A stretch of DNA of 64,000 nucleotides, taken from assembly GCA_965649765.1 (NCBI GenBank), contig OZ287754.1, positions 33,852,001 through 33,916,000 on the forward strand, given 5' to 3'. Under the pieces are notes generated by a model. It had not been told where the DNA came from and did no database searches. It saw nothing but the letters and a program-made list of their open reading frames with translations. The position numbers and the translations under genes are program-made. Within the stretch, counting starts at the first letter, position 1; every line of letters starts with the position of its first letter. Of the stretch, positions 13,244-24,879 are shown one piece after another. This DNA is from Bispira polyomma (taxonomy: Eukaryota).

Positions 13244-15720
13244 ACTGTGGTTTTTGACCCCCTTTTTAGGTTTTCTATCACCAACCTTCGTGTATACTGT
13301 TTTACCAGTTGCTATACTGAGTTGTTTTTCTGTTTACAGGATAACCAACTTTGTCTTTTTCTTTTCTAGTACTAGCCTTTTGTGGGAAATTGGGTGCCCA
13401 GCTCCCTTTTTTTTGCCCTCAGCCAATACCTCAGCACAAGAACGTTTGCTCCACTCATTTGTTGAATACCTTTTCCATTCCCCTGTAGCACTTCTATTAT
13501 CACTTGCTGTGCCTGAGGGAGATAGCTGTTGTATATACACCTACTACTGTACATTGTGCTACTTCTATTTCTTGCACTCCTACCTACTTTATTTACAGAA
13601 TTTGCAAGTTTTTGATTAGATTTTGTTTGTTTTTGTTTATGGCCAGCGCCTACGTGAGTGCTGGCCCCCCTTCGCTTTTTGAAACCTGTTTTTTGTTTCT
13701 GCAATCTCTTTTAGGATGGCCGTAGAGCTTACCATTTGCAAAACAAGCCTCGCACACATGAGTATACAATTTGTTCCCCATCTCATGGTCCCTACTGAAT
13801 TTACACGTTCCCTTCTGAAACCTAAAACATGGGGTCCCCGCTTTTCTATCTTTGAAACTATCTTTTGATGTCTTATAACCACTACCACTACTGCCTACTG
13901 TACTGGGAGCATGTCTCTGGGCATGTGCCCGCCTTATTCTATCTATTTTGTGGGTATCTGTCCAGTCTAATTTCCCCTCTTCCATATGATATAATAGAAC
14001 CGCGTGACTATTTTTTGCGGATTGCCATGAGTCCTGTACATCTTCTAGGAGGTCCCCCAGATAGGCCAGCATCAAGTCTTTCACATTTTGATTTTCTTCT
14101 TCTTGCATTGTGCGTGTAAAGCCTAAAACGAATTGTGAAAATGATAACTGATTGTATGTGAGCCTATCTTTGGTGGAACCCCCTAGAACATACTGGTGTG
14201 GCCATTTTACCCGACGTTTGACCTATACGTCAACTTGCCCCCCCGCCGTTGGGATTTGATTTGGTTTTTACCTGACAAGCTTTGTTCGTTCAAGACAGCG
14301 AGCTCTGCCAGCCTGGCATCCACTTGCAGCTGGATGTCTTTGGACTTAATCACATTCATACTGGGCACAATTGAATCACTACTTGGGGTTTTTACAGAAG
14401 TGCTAGGAGTACTACTAGATTGACTGCTTGAAACACATTTACACACATTCCTGCTACTTGCAGGTTGACAATCTGTAACAATATTACCAGCCTGACAATT
14501 TGGTGTACCTTTACTTGTTGAAACAACATCTTTTGTTCTTTTAACATTTTTTACCACTTTACTGCATTCAGTCGAGTACCTAACTTTTTGAGTTCTGCTA
14601 AAATTAGCACAATTATGTCACTAGATTGTACATTCTGTACTGGTAGCGACTCACCAAGTGATTGAACTTGTCCTTGTGGTGAACGTGGGGGCTGTTGTTC
14701 TATGTCCTGATCCCGGCTGTCGTCTTCGTGTTGCTGCTGCGTGATGTCCAGTATGTCGCCCTGCAGGTCTGCCATTTCCATGTCGGTTTCATCAGAGCCG
14801 TCATATTCTTCTGCTTGAGTTAGAAACGGACACCGTCTTCCTTCTGGTCTGGGGTGTTTACCCCTACACCCGGTACATGCCATGCTAGCCATTTTTTATA
14901 GTTCTGGAACTCTTGCTTTTTTTTCTTTTTTTTTTTATCAATGTTTATAGTTTTGTCTATTTCTAGAACGCTAGGTTTTTATAATTGTCAGTGTTTTTTA
15001 ATCTGAAATTTTTGTCTTTAGTCTGTTTCTGCAAACACAATGAACAATCCGGACAGACCTCTCTGGTGCTTTGCAATATATGTCTTAGTACTGCAGTGTT
15101 TCGGTTTTCTGTTATTTATTGAGCTATAAACAGCCAGGAAATTTATGCATTATATTTGGATTATATATATACGGTACTTATTTCTCTTCAAAGTACTGCC
15201 GAGTGCAGTGTAGTACTGCAGCGTTTCAGTATACAGCACACACAGCCTTGAACTGTATTGATTAAATACGTATTTCCCTACACAGTATTGCCGAGTGCTG
15301 TTTGTTTATCAGCCAACACAGCCGTGAACTGTATTGCTTATATACTTAGTTCCCTTTACAGTATTACCATGTATTGATAATATTGGTACTTCCTTTGAGA
15401 ATTACCGAGGGTTTTTTGTTAATTATTGATCTAAAAACAGCCGGAAACTTTCCTGCCAGAAACATCAACCGCGTAGAATACTAGTATATTTTGCAGAGCA
15501 CACTAGTCGTCTGTCCATTAGTCAGCACACTGTAAATCCATCCAGCTCCCTGATAGCACGATTAAAATATGTATATGTCTTTTAAAATTTGTTGTTTAAA
15601 ACTTTAAAAGGTTATATAACACTTAGGATTGTAAAACTTTTTTAATCTGGAGTCCAGAAACAAACAAATTTTTCATTGTTGACTCGTTCACAATGTTTAC
15701 AAGAATGATAATTTTCCCTC

Positions 15721-16498
15721 CAATCTAATCTAATCTAATCGTACTTTTATAGCGCTTAATCTTTGTACAACAAATTCTAAGGCGCAACTAACCTAAGCAT
15801 TAATCAAAAAAAATCAGAAAGGGGGACGGATGGTGGTCATAACCAGAGAGACTACCGGGATGGTTGCGATGGCTACGGTGGAAAGGCCTGTTCAAAAAGG
15901 TAGGCCTTTAGTTTACTCCTAAAAGAGGAGAACGTTTGAGCCAAGCGAACATGATCAGGCAGGCTGTTCCATATGAAGGGGCCATCATGAGCAAGGAAAT
16001 GACTGAAATGTACTTTGGATTTGTGGGTCGAAAGTGGGAATGTTAAGATATAACTCATCAGGGTTACTGCGCCTAGTCCTGACTGAGCATGTATATTTGG
16101 ATAGATGGGGGCTGAAATAGGTGGGTGATCCAGAATTTAGAAATTTGTATATAATTGTTGCAATTTTGAAAGCAACACGATATTTTATTGGGAGCCAGTG
16201 GAGTGACTTAAGTACAGGAGTAATATGAGAAAATTTAGAAGTTTTGGCCACGATGCGAGCCAATGAGTGTTGAACGTTCTGAAGACGTTTGAGGTCACTA
16301 CAAGATAGGGAACGGAACAGAGAGTTGCAGTAATCAAGCCTACTGCTGACCAAGGCGTTGGCAACAGTGATTGCAGTGGATTTGGTTAGATAACGCCTAA
16401 TTCGCCTGAAATCACGGAGGCCAACAAAACATGATCTACACATGGATGCAACATGGTTGGAGAAGGAGAATTCAGAGTCAAACAACACGCCCAGGTTG
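15721..16498 (-). mobile_element. L2/CR1-group LINE, 5'-truncated 3' fragment
   Basis: SRLDYCNSL and LHWLPIKYR C-terminal motifs; (TTAGA)n tail at 15721-15740. Confidence 0.85.
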
Positions 16499-17195
16499 CA
16501 CTGTGAACTGTTCCAAGAACCGGCACAGCCATGTATTAACGAATGAGAAGAGAGCTATATAGCTTGGCCAATAAGATAGGTTTAAAGAAGGATTTTAAAT
16601 CAAACTTTTATTTCCAAAGTGGCCTTTCTGAGGCTAGATTTGTTATTGTTTTAAGGTCGAGACCCGACTGACCTTACTGGCTACGCCATCTCACAATATG
16701 TCAGGACATTTCAAAAGTAAACATTTTATGTATAACAAATCATTTAATCACACTAACCCTCCTTAATGTTTACACTTAGTTTTTTGATGTTTTGATCCAT
16801 GGTGTGTGACCAGACAATATATTCATGGTATGTGACCAGACAACTTATCCATGGTGTGTGACCAGGCAATAAACTTATGCTGTTTTCTTTTTGTTTTCAT
16901 ATTCGCGCATGCCCCACGAGCAGAAAAATGTTCATTTTTGTAACTTAATGTCAACTTTTCATCAAGGTAATGATGTGAAGGAGTGGACATTTCTTTATGT
17001 CCAACAATAGTGTGATAATTCATTTTTTTTAATATGATGTGAAACACATTATTACACAAATTGTGAGTAATTATATTTGACAAAAGCCGTTGATGTAACT
17101 AAAAGGATTGGTTCACAGAGAAATACAAACTCCAATTAGATGCATTCTACTCATTTCTGGTTTTAAAATCTCTACTGTCAAATTGTTAATATTCT

Positions 17196-17888
17196 CTACA
17201 CAGACTTGTAGTCACAGTAGAGGAAGCTTGTGGGGTCCAGTCTGTTTAACCCAATGTACATGTCTATATGACTGTGATCAGTCATACCTGATCCGTAGCA
17301 GCCACAGTGCAATCCTGTAAACATATTTAATGCTAGATGTATTGGCAGAGAGTGAAATTTGTTGAGAAACTAGTAAAAAGATTGTAAAACTAATAAACAA
17401 GCAGTTTAAACAATCAGACAAGTGTATATTCAACTTGCCAATATGTGTAGCTATCTGGTCTCCTTTATTGTAAGTAGCTCCAATGGTGTATCCATCAGCG
17501 TAAAAAACAACCATGTAATAATCTGAAATAAAGATTTATGTTGTTAAGGACAATAGGGAACTCAACAAGTATAAAAATGTATGAAGAGGTTCCTCACCAT
17601 CATTTAATGTGTTTTAAATTTAGGAACACTGTTAACAGCTAATTTTAACAATTTATGTTTGTTTTAGTGTGTTAGCTATTAGCTAACAGTTAATAAATCA
17701 TGTGCATAATTCTGTATAACTAACTTGGCCAATCAGAATCAGTTGATTCGAATTCAAATCCATTGTCACAACAACTTCCATCCCCGTAGGGAGGCACTGC
17801 TTGTAGCATCCTGCCATCAAAAGGGGCATATATAGGGTCGTTGGCAGAGCACACAACATCAGTACCCAAGTGAAGACGGCCACCAGAT
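17196..17888 (-). CDS. Exons 4-6 of SH3b-M23 gene (M23 catalytic-fold domain)
   Basis: HLGTD (HxxxD), CSANDPIYAPFDG, HSH (HxH) and DPT motifs; exons 17725-17888, 17439-17522, 17196-17314; TAG at 17196-17198. Confidence 0.88.
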
Positions 17889-20800
17889 CTAAAAACAAAA
17901 CCATCATGTTAGCTTTGTGAAATAACAGGTCTAAGATACTAAGTTTTAGTGTTTTAGCGTTCACTGGGGGAAGACCATTACGGAAAAATACCACAAAATT
18001 TTGTTAAAATTGTCGGTTTGGCTACATCTATACTTTTTTTTATTACTTTTTTTTTCTACCCCTTTTACATTGATTTTGTCTTATTTTGATGTTCTATATT
18101 GTAAATTTAGCCAGATACCATGTATACCCTATTATCGTCCACTCCGTTTGGCGGGAGTGGGCCGTACCGCATTTTAGCTAAACAGTATCATGGTCTATGC
18201 ATTTCTTTATTATCATACATGCTTTTTCTAAGTGGTTGTACTTGCCTTAAGGTGAGGCTATAGTGAGGGGTGTTAGGGTGCCCGTGAGTCGCCCACGGGA
18301 CGAAGAATTGTATGGTGAGTTGTTCAGACATATTTTTTTGAGGCTCCCTATTGTTAAGTTTAGTCTAAGGTCTTCTTCTTTTCTACAACCTCACTAGTCA
18401 TGTTTCTCCTTCGGGTTGTCCTTTTTTTGGCACTGTTTGGAGTGGCTATCGCTTAAAGGGATGAGTGTAACCACCCTAGAGTGGCTCACATATCTGCTAC
18501 CTTATTGTTTAAAGTTGAAAAAAATTTCTCATACACATGTTTATGTCACAAATTTCCAACCACCGTTAATAGAAGAGATCTTGTGTTGTTACTCCTACTG
18601 GGCGGTGATGTGTCCCTTAACCCTGGTCCTGTCATGCTGGGTGTGCCAAATGCTAAATCTGTTAGAAACAAAGGTCCACTTCTTGCTGATATTGTGACAT
18701 CGCATGACCTCCACTTCCTCTGTGTTACTGAGACCCATGTCTGTCTATCTGATGCGGATAGCTTTCTACGGTCTGTTACTCCTCCTGATTTTGTGTTTTC
18801 TCAAACGTCTCGTCCCTCACATATTGGTCCCGGTGTCGGTTTCTTTATAAGATCCTCCTTCAAACCACATAAAATAGAGTCTCCTGTCTATCAATCCTTT
18901 GAAAACATGGTGGTGTCAATTGGGCTTCATGGCAGCTCCTTCTTGCTTGCCTGCGTCTATCGCCCCCCCCAGGATCATGTACCTGTATTTTTTTAGAAGA
19001 ATTCATGTCTTTTGTTGGTTTTCTGCCATTTATTAACAGTTCGTATCATGTCTGTGGTGACTTTAACATCCATGTTGATGCACCAGTTGGTGACGGTCAT
19101 AAATTTATGACCTTTCTTGATTCGTGTGATCTAAAACAGTCAGTTACACAACCTACCCATCTGCATGGTCACATTCTGAACCTCATTCTATCTCCTAGTG
19201 ATCAGGATACTATTGTGGATGTCAAAGTCTGCGATTTTATATCTGATCATGCATTAGTCAAATGCTCAATTGCCTTTCCTCAGCAGGTTGCTCATATTCC
19301 ACATATAGTGCAGTATAGGAGGTTGATTTGAATTTGCATTGGGATATTTAACGTCCACTCTAGTACCTTTTTAGGTTATATTGGGACGGGTAGTTGGAAA
19401 CGCTGGAGGAAACACTGCATACAGTTAATCAAGGTTCTGCACTGAAACCAGCGGCCCACAGTAAGGAACCTTTCCCACATGACATCAATGGTATTCGAAC
19501 TCACGCCGCCCAGAGGTGAGAGACCAGTGATTCTGAAGCGAGATGCTTGCTAACCACTAGGCCACCGCGGCCCCTGGAGTATAGGAGGTACCACCGTATA
19601 AACATGTCTGACCTCAGCACTGATCTCAAGAATACTTCCTTCATTAAGTCACCAGCCAATTCTGTGGCCAAACTTTATAAACAATAAGTACATGACTTTG
19701 GGTGATGTTCTTGACAAGCATGCACCACTTGTAACTAGAATGTCAAAGAAAGATTCTGTGCATTGGCTTTCTGATTCATATCGACGGGCAAAGTTTCTCA
19801 GGCGCCAATATGAAAGAACTTAGCGACCGGCCAAGACTCCATTGAATAGAAGTCGACTTCATTGCCAGATTGCTCGGTGCAATGTACTTGTTAACTTGGA
19901 TAAGTATAAAAGCAAATTTATCTCAGACAACAGTCACAACTTCAGGAAGCTGTGGCACGAGCTGCACAAGACCCTTAATATGGTTTCCAATGTAGCACTC
20001 CCATCGCATAAATCTGAAAAGTCATTAGCTGACAAGTTTGCTTCCTTTTCTTCAGACAAAATTAGGAAATTAGAGATACTTTTGTTCTTTATGGAACTAA
20101 AAATGATGTTCATCCTCTTTCTGACCCTCCTGAAATTACTGACTTTTCCAGAATCTCCGAAGATGCTGTTAATAAAATAATTAGTAACTCGTCTACAAAA
20201 TCCTGCATGTTGGATCCATGGCCGACATCTCTTGTCAATGAATGTAGTGATATACTACTCCCATCCATTACGAAGCTGGTAAACCGCTCACTTATTGAGG
20301 GACATGTACCTGATACTTTTAAAACAACTGTGGTTACTCCTCTTATTAAGAAGGCTTTTCTTCCGGTTGATGATCTAAAAAACTATCGACCTGTATCAGG
20401 TCTTAGTTTCATATCAAAACTGGTTAAACGTGTGGTTGCTAAGCAACTGTTAGATCATATCCTTGTCCACGACTTAGATAACCCATACCAGTCTGCATAT
20501 AAAACAGGTCATTCGACTGAGACAGCTCTTCTGTCCATAAAAAATTAAGGTCACTTATCTTTGTCAAGAGGCGAACCTGCTTGGTTTGGATTTGGGGGCT
20601 CTGTTCTTAAATGGTTCACTTCCTACTTAACTGATCGTTATCAGTCGATAAAAATTGGCTCTACTTTGGCCGATCTTTGTAAACTCTTGTTTGGTGTTCC
20701 CCAAGGTTCTGTTTTGGGCCCTCTGTTGTTTTCATTGTACACTGCCCCTCCTAGATTGGTGATTGGCAAATATAAAGGTATTAAGTTTCATTTTTATTCA

Positions 20801-23800
20801 GATGATACCCAAATTTATGTGCACTTATCCCATAAGAATACATCTACTGCCTTTGAACAGTTGAACAGGTGCCTCGACGATGTGAAGGAGTGGATGTCAA
20901 CTGGTAAACTCAAACTAAACCCCGACAAGACTAAGTTTATACTCTTTGGCTCAAAACGACAGAGAGAGAAGTTGAAAGCATGTTTTCCAGTTGACATCCT
21001 GGGTAGCCCTTTCAGCCCAGCTGATTCTGTCAAAAACCTGGGTGTATGGTTTGACTCTGACTTTTCCTTTTCTAAACACGTTTAGAGTTTTGCAAAAGTT
21101 GTTTTGTGCAACTCCGTGACTTTAGACGTGTCAGGCGGTTTCTCACTTATGATGCTTCTATACTTGTGGCCAATGCTTTTGTCAGTAGCAGATTGGATTA
21201 CTGCAATTCGTTTTTCAGGAGTCTCTCAAAGTTTAATTTACGCAAATTACAATGCATTAAAAAAGTGCAGCTAGAATTGTGTCAAATACCAGTCGATACA
21301 CCAGTATAACGCCTGCTCTAAAGAAATTGCATTGGCTCCCTGTTGAACAGCATTCAGTTTATAAAACAGCTACACTTGTTTAAAATTTTCCATTGTTTGG
21401 AATGCTCTTCCTGAGGCGATTTGTGCGTCCCCCTCACTAGCCTCTTTTAGAAAGCAGCTTAAAACCCATCTGTACACCAAACCATACCCACCTTAGTCCC
21501 AATCATCCCCCGGCGTGCTCTGTGTTGCTCGACCCTTTTCTGTCCCTGGATATTGAAATTGGATTACCGTCTTTTGTGCTGTTGCGCCTTAGAGTCCCCT
21601 TTGTTAAGGGAGACTAAGCGCTATAAAAGTCTAATTACAATACAAAAAAAAAAAAAAATACAAAAAGATCACAGTAAACATATTATAGTGACCACATCCC
21701 AAATCTAAGAGTTCCAAGAGTTGCCATGTCACAGTAAACATCTTACCTAGGAGTCCCAAAGTAGCCACCTCCCAAATCTAAGTGTTCCAAGTGTTTATTA
21801 GGTCACAGTAACATTTTAGCAAGGAGCCCTAAAGTGACCACAGCCAAAATCTAAGAGTTAAAAGTGTGCTTAGGTCTCAGTAAACATATTATCAAGGAGC
21901 CCCAAAGTGACCACAGCCCAAACCTAAGAGTTTCAAGTTTTCTTAGGTCACAGTAACATTTTAGCAAGGAGCCCTAAAGTGACCACAGCCAAAATCTAAG
22001 AGTTCCAAGTGTTGATAGGTAACAGTAAACCTCTTACCTAGGAGCCCCAAAGTGACCACAGCCAAAACTATCACATGTCCTTCCCTCATTTCCTCCAACA
22101 CCACAGTGTGTATCAAAGCATGAGCCATCATCTGAATAAAGAAAATATCAAAATTATTTCCTTTCACATGGGTTGCGTCAATGGCACATCACATAGCCCT
22201 TTACATGGCAAAGCATAGAGCTCTGTTTGATCTTTCCAGCATGCTTGGACTTTTTTTACATATATGAAGGAATAAAAAATACGCATTTTATGCTATATGT
22301 CTGGAAACATCATATCTGATGCCGTAGTGCTGTATCACATATCAGTATGACGTCAAATTTATTTTGAGTTTAATGTTATTGTCAAAAACTACAGATGATA
22401 TCACAACTGGCAGTTTACTGGTTAAGGAAAGGATAACAGAACAGCTGGTTGATAAATTGCTGCACTGTAAGTCTACTGTAATATTATTTATGCAATGCCC
22501 GAGATCCAAACTGATGGCTGTAGAGGTGGGAGTGTTATCAGTACCCCACAAATACCCAGTCGATGATGAGGTTGAAAGTCAAGTCAGAGAGACCCAGTCT
22601 GACATGCCAGGAGAAAGTGATGAACCTCTGTCAAATAGTAAGTGGGGAACTAAGATCCATGGCATGGATGAGGCAATTTCTAGAAGAGAATCCAATATTC
22701 AACAGAAAAAAACTTCAAAAAAACTGATGCAATATACGAGTGTAAGTACCAGTAAAAACAGCCTATCCAGACCCACACAGTCATAATCCAGCAACCACAG
22801 CTGCAAGTCTACTAGACAAACCAGCCACAACATCTCATCTTCATCTTAGCCACAACACCAACTTTATTGCTCAAACCACAAAAGTAGCGACTCTGTATCT
22901 GGCTGCAAAAAATCTCATGTGCCTCGACAACCTTAGTATCCTACCTCTAGCCTCAATGAAGGAAGACATAAGGACAAGGTAAACTGGACATTAATACTAT
23001 ATTATTACTGAATATTATGTACCTGTGGTTCAATATTGCTATACAGGGTGTCAGGACTGTTTTTGTGTGTTGTTTACCTGTAATGATAAATTTCGTAAAA
23101 CATTGTAAAATTATGTATATTCTATATATGTTCCATATATTGGGGTTGTTCCTGACCTAAAAATGTCCTATTGGTTGAAAGTTATCTACTGAAATACAAC
23201 TAACACCAATTAACATCAATACAAATACATTAAATGAAAAAAAAAACAATACGAAAATAAGAATCATAAACGTGCACCCAATTGCCATGTCCCTGTCAAA
23301 AAAGGGATTATAGAATTGACAAAAAGAGTTAAAGAATTGAAAAAAAGGTAATAAAATGGGATTTATTGAAAGAGTGTAAAGAGCTTAAATCAAGCTATGT
23401 GAGGTGTTCTGTGGGAACACATTGTTAGGAATGAGACTTGTTGAGAGAGTGTATCCTTCAACCAAGCTGTGTGGAGTGTTCTAGGACTTACCTGTGTGAA
23501 CACATTGTTAGGAATAAGACTTGTTAAAAGAGTATATCCTTAAACCAAGCTATGTGAGGTGTTCTGGGACTTACCTGTGGAAACATTAACAGGAATGAGA
23601 CTTGTTTGGAGAGTGTATCCTTACACCAAGCTATGTGGAGTGTTCTAGGACTTACCTGTGTGAACACATTGTTAGCAATGAGACTTGTTGAAAGAGTGTA
23701 TCCTTAAACCAAGCTTTGTGGGGTGTTCTGGGACTTACCTGTGTGCACACGTTGTTAGGAATGAGGCATGTTGAGAGAGTGTAACCTTAAACCAAGCTAT

Positions 23801-24184
23801 GTGGGGTGTTCTGGGAGTTACCTGCGTGTCCACATTGTTGAGGTTCACTCAGGTAATCATTGCTGGCATATGCAGTTTGCCCGTCATATGTAACAGTACA
23901 CCATCCCTCAGAACATGACTCAGCAAGTAGACACTCATTGGGATAAATCTGCAACACAAGGCATATAGCAGTTTGGTATGCATCATCTGCTAGATACAAT
24001 ATATGTCTATGATTATATGATTAGATAACAGCATTACTTGTCCCACTATGTTCCCTGCAGTAGAAGGTGCATCCCTGATATTTAGTGGAGAGTCAAAGCT
24101 GGAAGTCATACAGCAGACACATGTTACAAAGGCATCAGTGTCTGGGACCAGCAGTGACAGTAATATTAGAACCACAACCAACAT
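17196..24184 (-). CDS. Secreted SH3b (SH3_3) + M23-peptidase/LECT2-like protein, 6 exons, 244 aa
   Basis: Manually assembled exons 24038-24184, 23822-23948, 22038-22131, 17725-17888, 17439-17522 and 17196-17314 (735 nt) join in compatible phases 0,1,2,1,1 with no internal stop. Introns are GT-AG except intron 5 (GC-AG). Protein: MLVVVLILLSLLVPDTDA (signal) ...LNIRDAPSTAGNIVGQIYPNECLLAESCSEGWCTVTYDGQTAYASNDYL (SH3b) ...RTCDSFGCGHFGAPRSGGRLHLGTDVVCSANDPIYAPFDG...VVFY...TDHSHIDMYIGLNRLDPTSFL (LECT2/M23 HxxxD and HxH motifs). Confidence 0.88.
17965..21660 (+). mobile_element. L2-clade LINE, near full-length ORF2, decayed, in intron 3 of the SH3b-M23 gene
   Basis: APE endonuclease (VTETH, GDFNIH, ISDH), RT (GVPQGSVLGPLLF, YSDD), SRLDYCNS, 3' GCGCCTTAGAG...AGCGCTATAAAAG and A-rich tail; several stops and frameshifts; 5' boundary uncertain. 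Confidence 0.9.
19324..19575 (-). mobile_element. tRNA-derived SINE inserted in the L2
   Basis: Same family as 4907-5163; TSD AGTATAGGAGGT at 19312-19323 and 19578-19589. Confidence 0.85.
21669..22068. repeat. ~73-bp minisatellite (~5.5 copies) built from exon 3 end + splice donor
   Basis: GGAG(C/T)CC anchors at about 21750, 21823, 21896, 21968 and 22041; the unit contains the last ~30 nt of exon 3 and TAG|GTAAG. Confidence 0.85.
22038..22131 (-). CDS. Exon 3 of SH3b-M23 gene (LECT2-like Cys-rich N-terminus)
   Basis: Acceptor TTCAG|, DDGSCFDTHCGVGGNEGRTCDSFGCGHFGAPR, donor TAG|GTAAGA. Confidence 0.85.
22270..23340 (+). mobile_element. Harbinger MADF/Myb-gene relic (intron 2 of the SH3b-M23 gene)
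   Basis: Deleted copy of 37930-39780, which encodes FLEENPIFNRKDFKDYKDAQKKRLW (MADF-like). Confidence 0.5.
23385..23842. repeat. ~83-bp minisatellite (~5.5 copies) built from exon 2 end + splice donor
   Basis: (G)ACTTACCTG anchors about every 83 bp; the unit ends in AACAATGTG..CACACAG|GTAAGT on the minus strand. Confidence 0.9.
23822..23948 (-). CDS. Exon 2 of SH3b-M23 gene (second half of SH3b)
   Basis: Acceptor TTGCAG|, GWCTVTYDGQTAYASNDYL, donor CAG|GTAACT. Confidence 0.85.
24038..24184 (-). CDS. Exon 1 of SH3b-M23 gene (signal peptide + first half of SH3b)
   Basis: ATG at 24184, hydrophobic leader, LNIRDAPST motif, donor CAA|GTAATG. Confidence 0.85.
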
Positions 24185-24879
24185 AGCTAGAGGTTAATCA
24201 CCAACACTTAAGATAGAAGAAAACTATAATCATTCAACTATCACTAACTCCTTATCAGAGTGATGTCTTTACTGAATTCTAACAGCCTAGCCACAATATT
24301 AACTAGCTAAATAGATGAGTAAACATGCATGTGTTTCAATATAAAAATCTAACATCGGCTGTCTATCTTGCCACGTATATGACAGTCATATCAGAGTCAA
24401 CGGCTGGATTTTCTCAGATGATCATATTACCATTATAGTAATAGATTCTCAAATTGTCAGTGATATTTAGGCAAATTTTCTGACCATTAAAAATATGTGA
24501 ATATGGATAAATACACTTAAGCATGTTTAAATAAGATAAATATATATATAATCTTTCTGAATTGGTTGAATAGTACAATGCTGTCTAAAGATAAATCCTT
24601 GAAAGCCAGATTTCTTTATTTAATAGTACAGTCCCATAACAATGATCACTTTTTACGGTAATTCACAGGCACCCTGTATATCCCAGTTAGAAGTGAGGTA
24701 CACTATATCCCAGTTAGAAGGGAGGTACACTGTTGTTTATTATGGATTCACTCTATGAGGCCCCTTTAGGGGCACTTCACAGGGCTGATCACAGGAAAGA
24801 TAGTGACATACTGGTCTAATACATACCAGTACAACATACAGCCACCAGGCTCTCACAATCAATTAGCCTAAATAGACTG

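Larger units (their letters stand above)
10552..16740 (-). mobile_element. Ngaro-like tyrosine-recombinase retrotransposon (gag, RT-RNaseH, truncated YR)
   Basis: Gag pieces 14551-14892, 14207-14557 and 13650-14108 (CFRFQKGTC..H..C zinc finger); RT/RNH ORF 11078-13243 (YIDD, DACLTG, CDN); YR N-terminus 10552-10998. Ends are approximate. Confidence 0.85.

Noticed and set aside
17698-17994. 98-aa ORF MVFFRNG... in the ORF track
   Set aside because: Wrong frame; the real exon 4 (17725-17888) is in another frame that carries the HxxxD motif.
23822-24184. Bacterial contamination as the source of the SH3b domain
   Set aside because: The domain is split by a spliceosomal intron and embedded among animal TEs.
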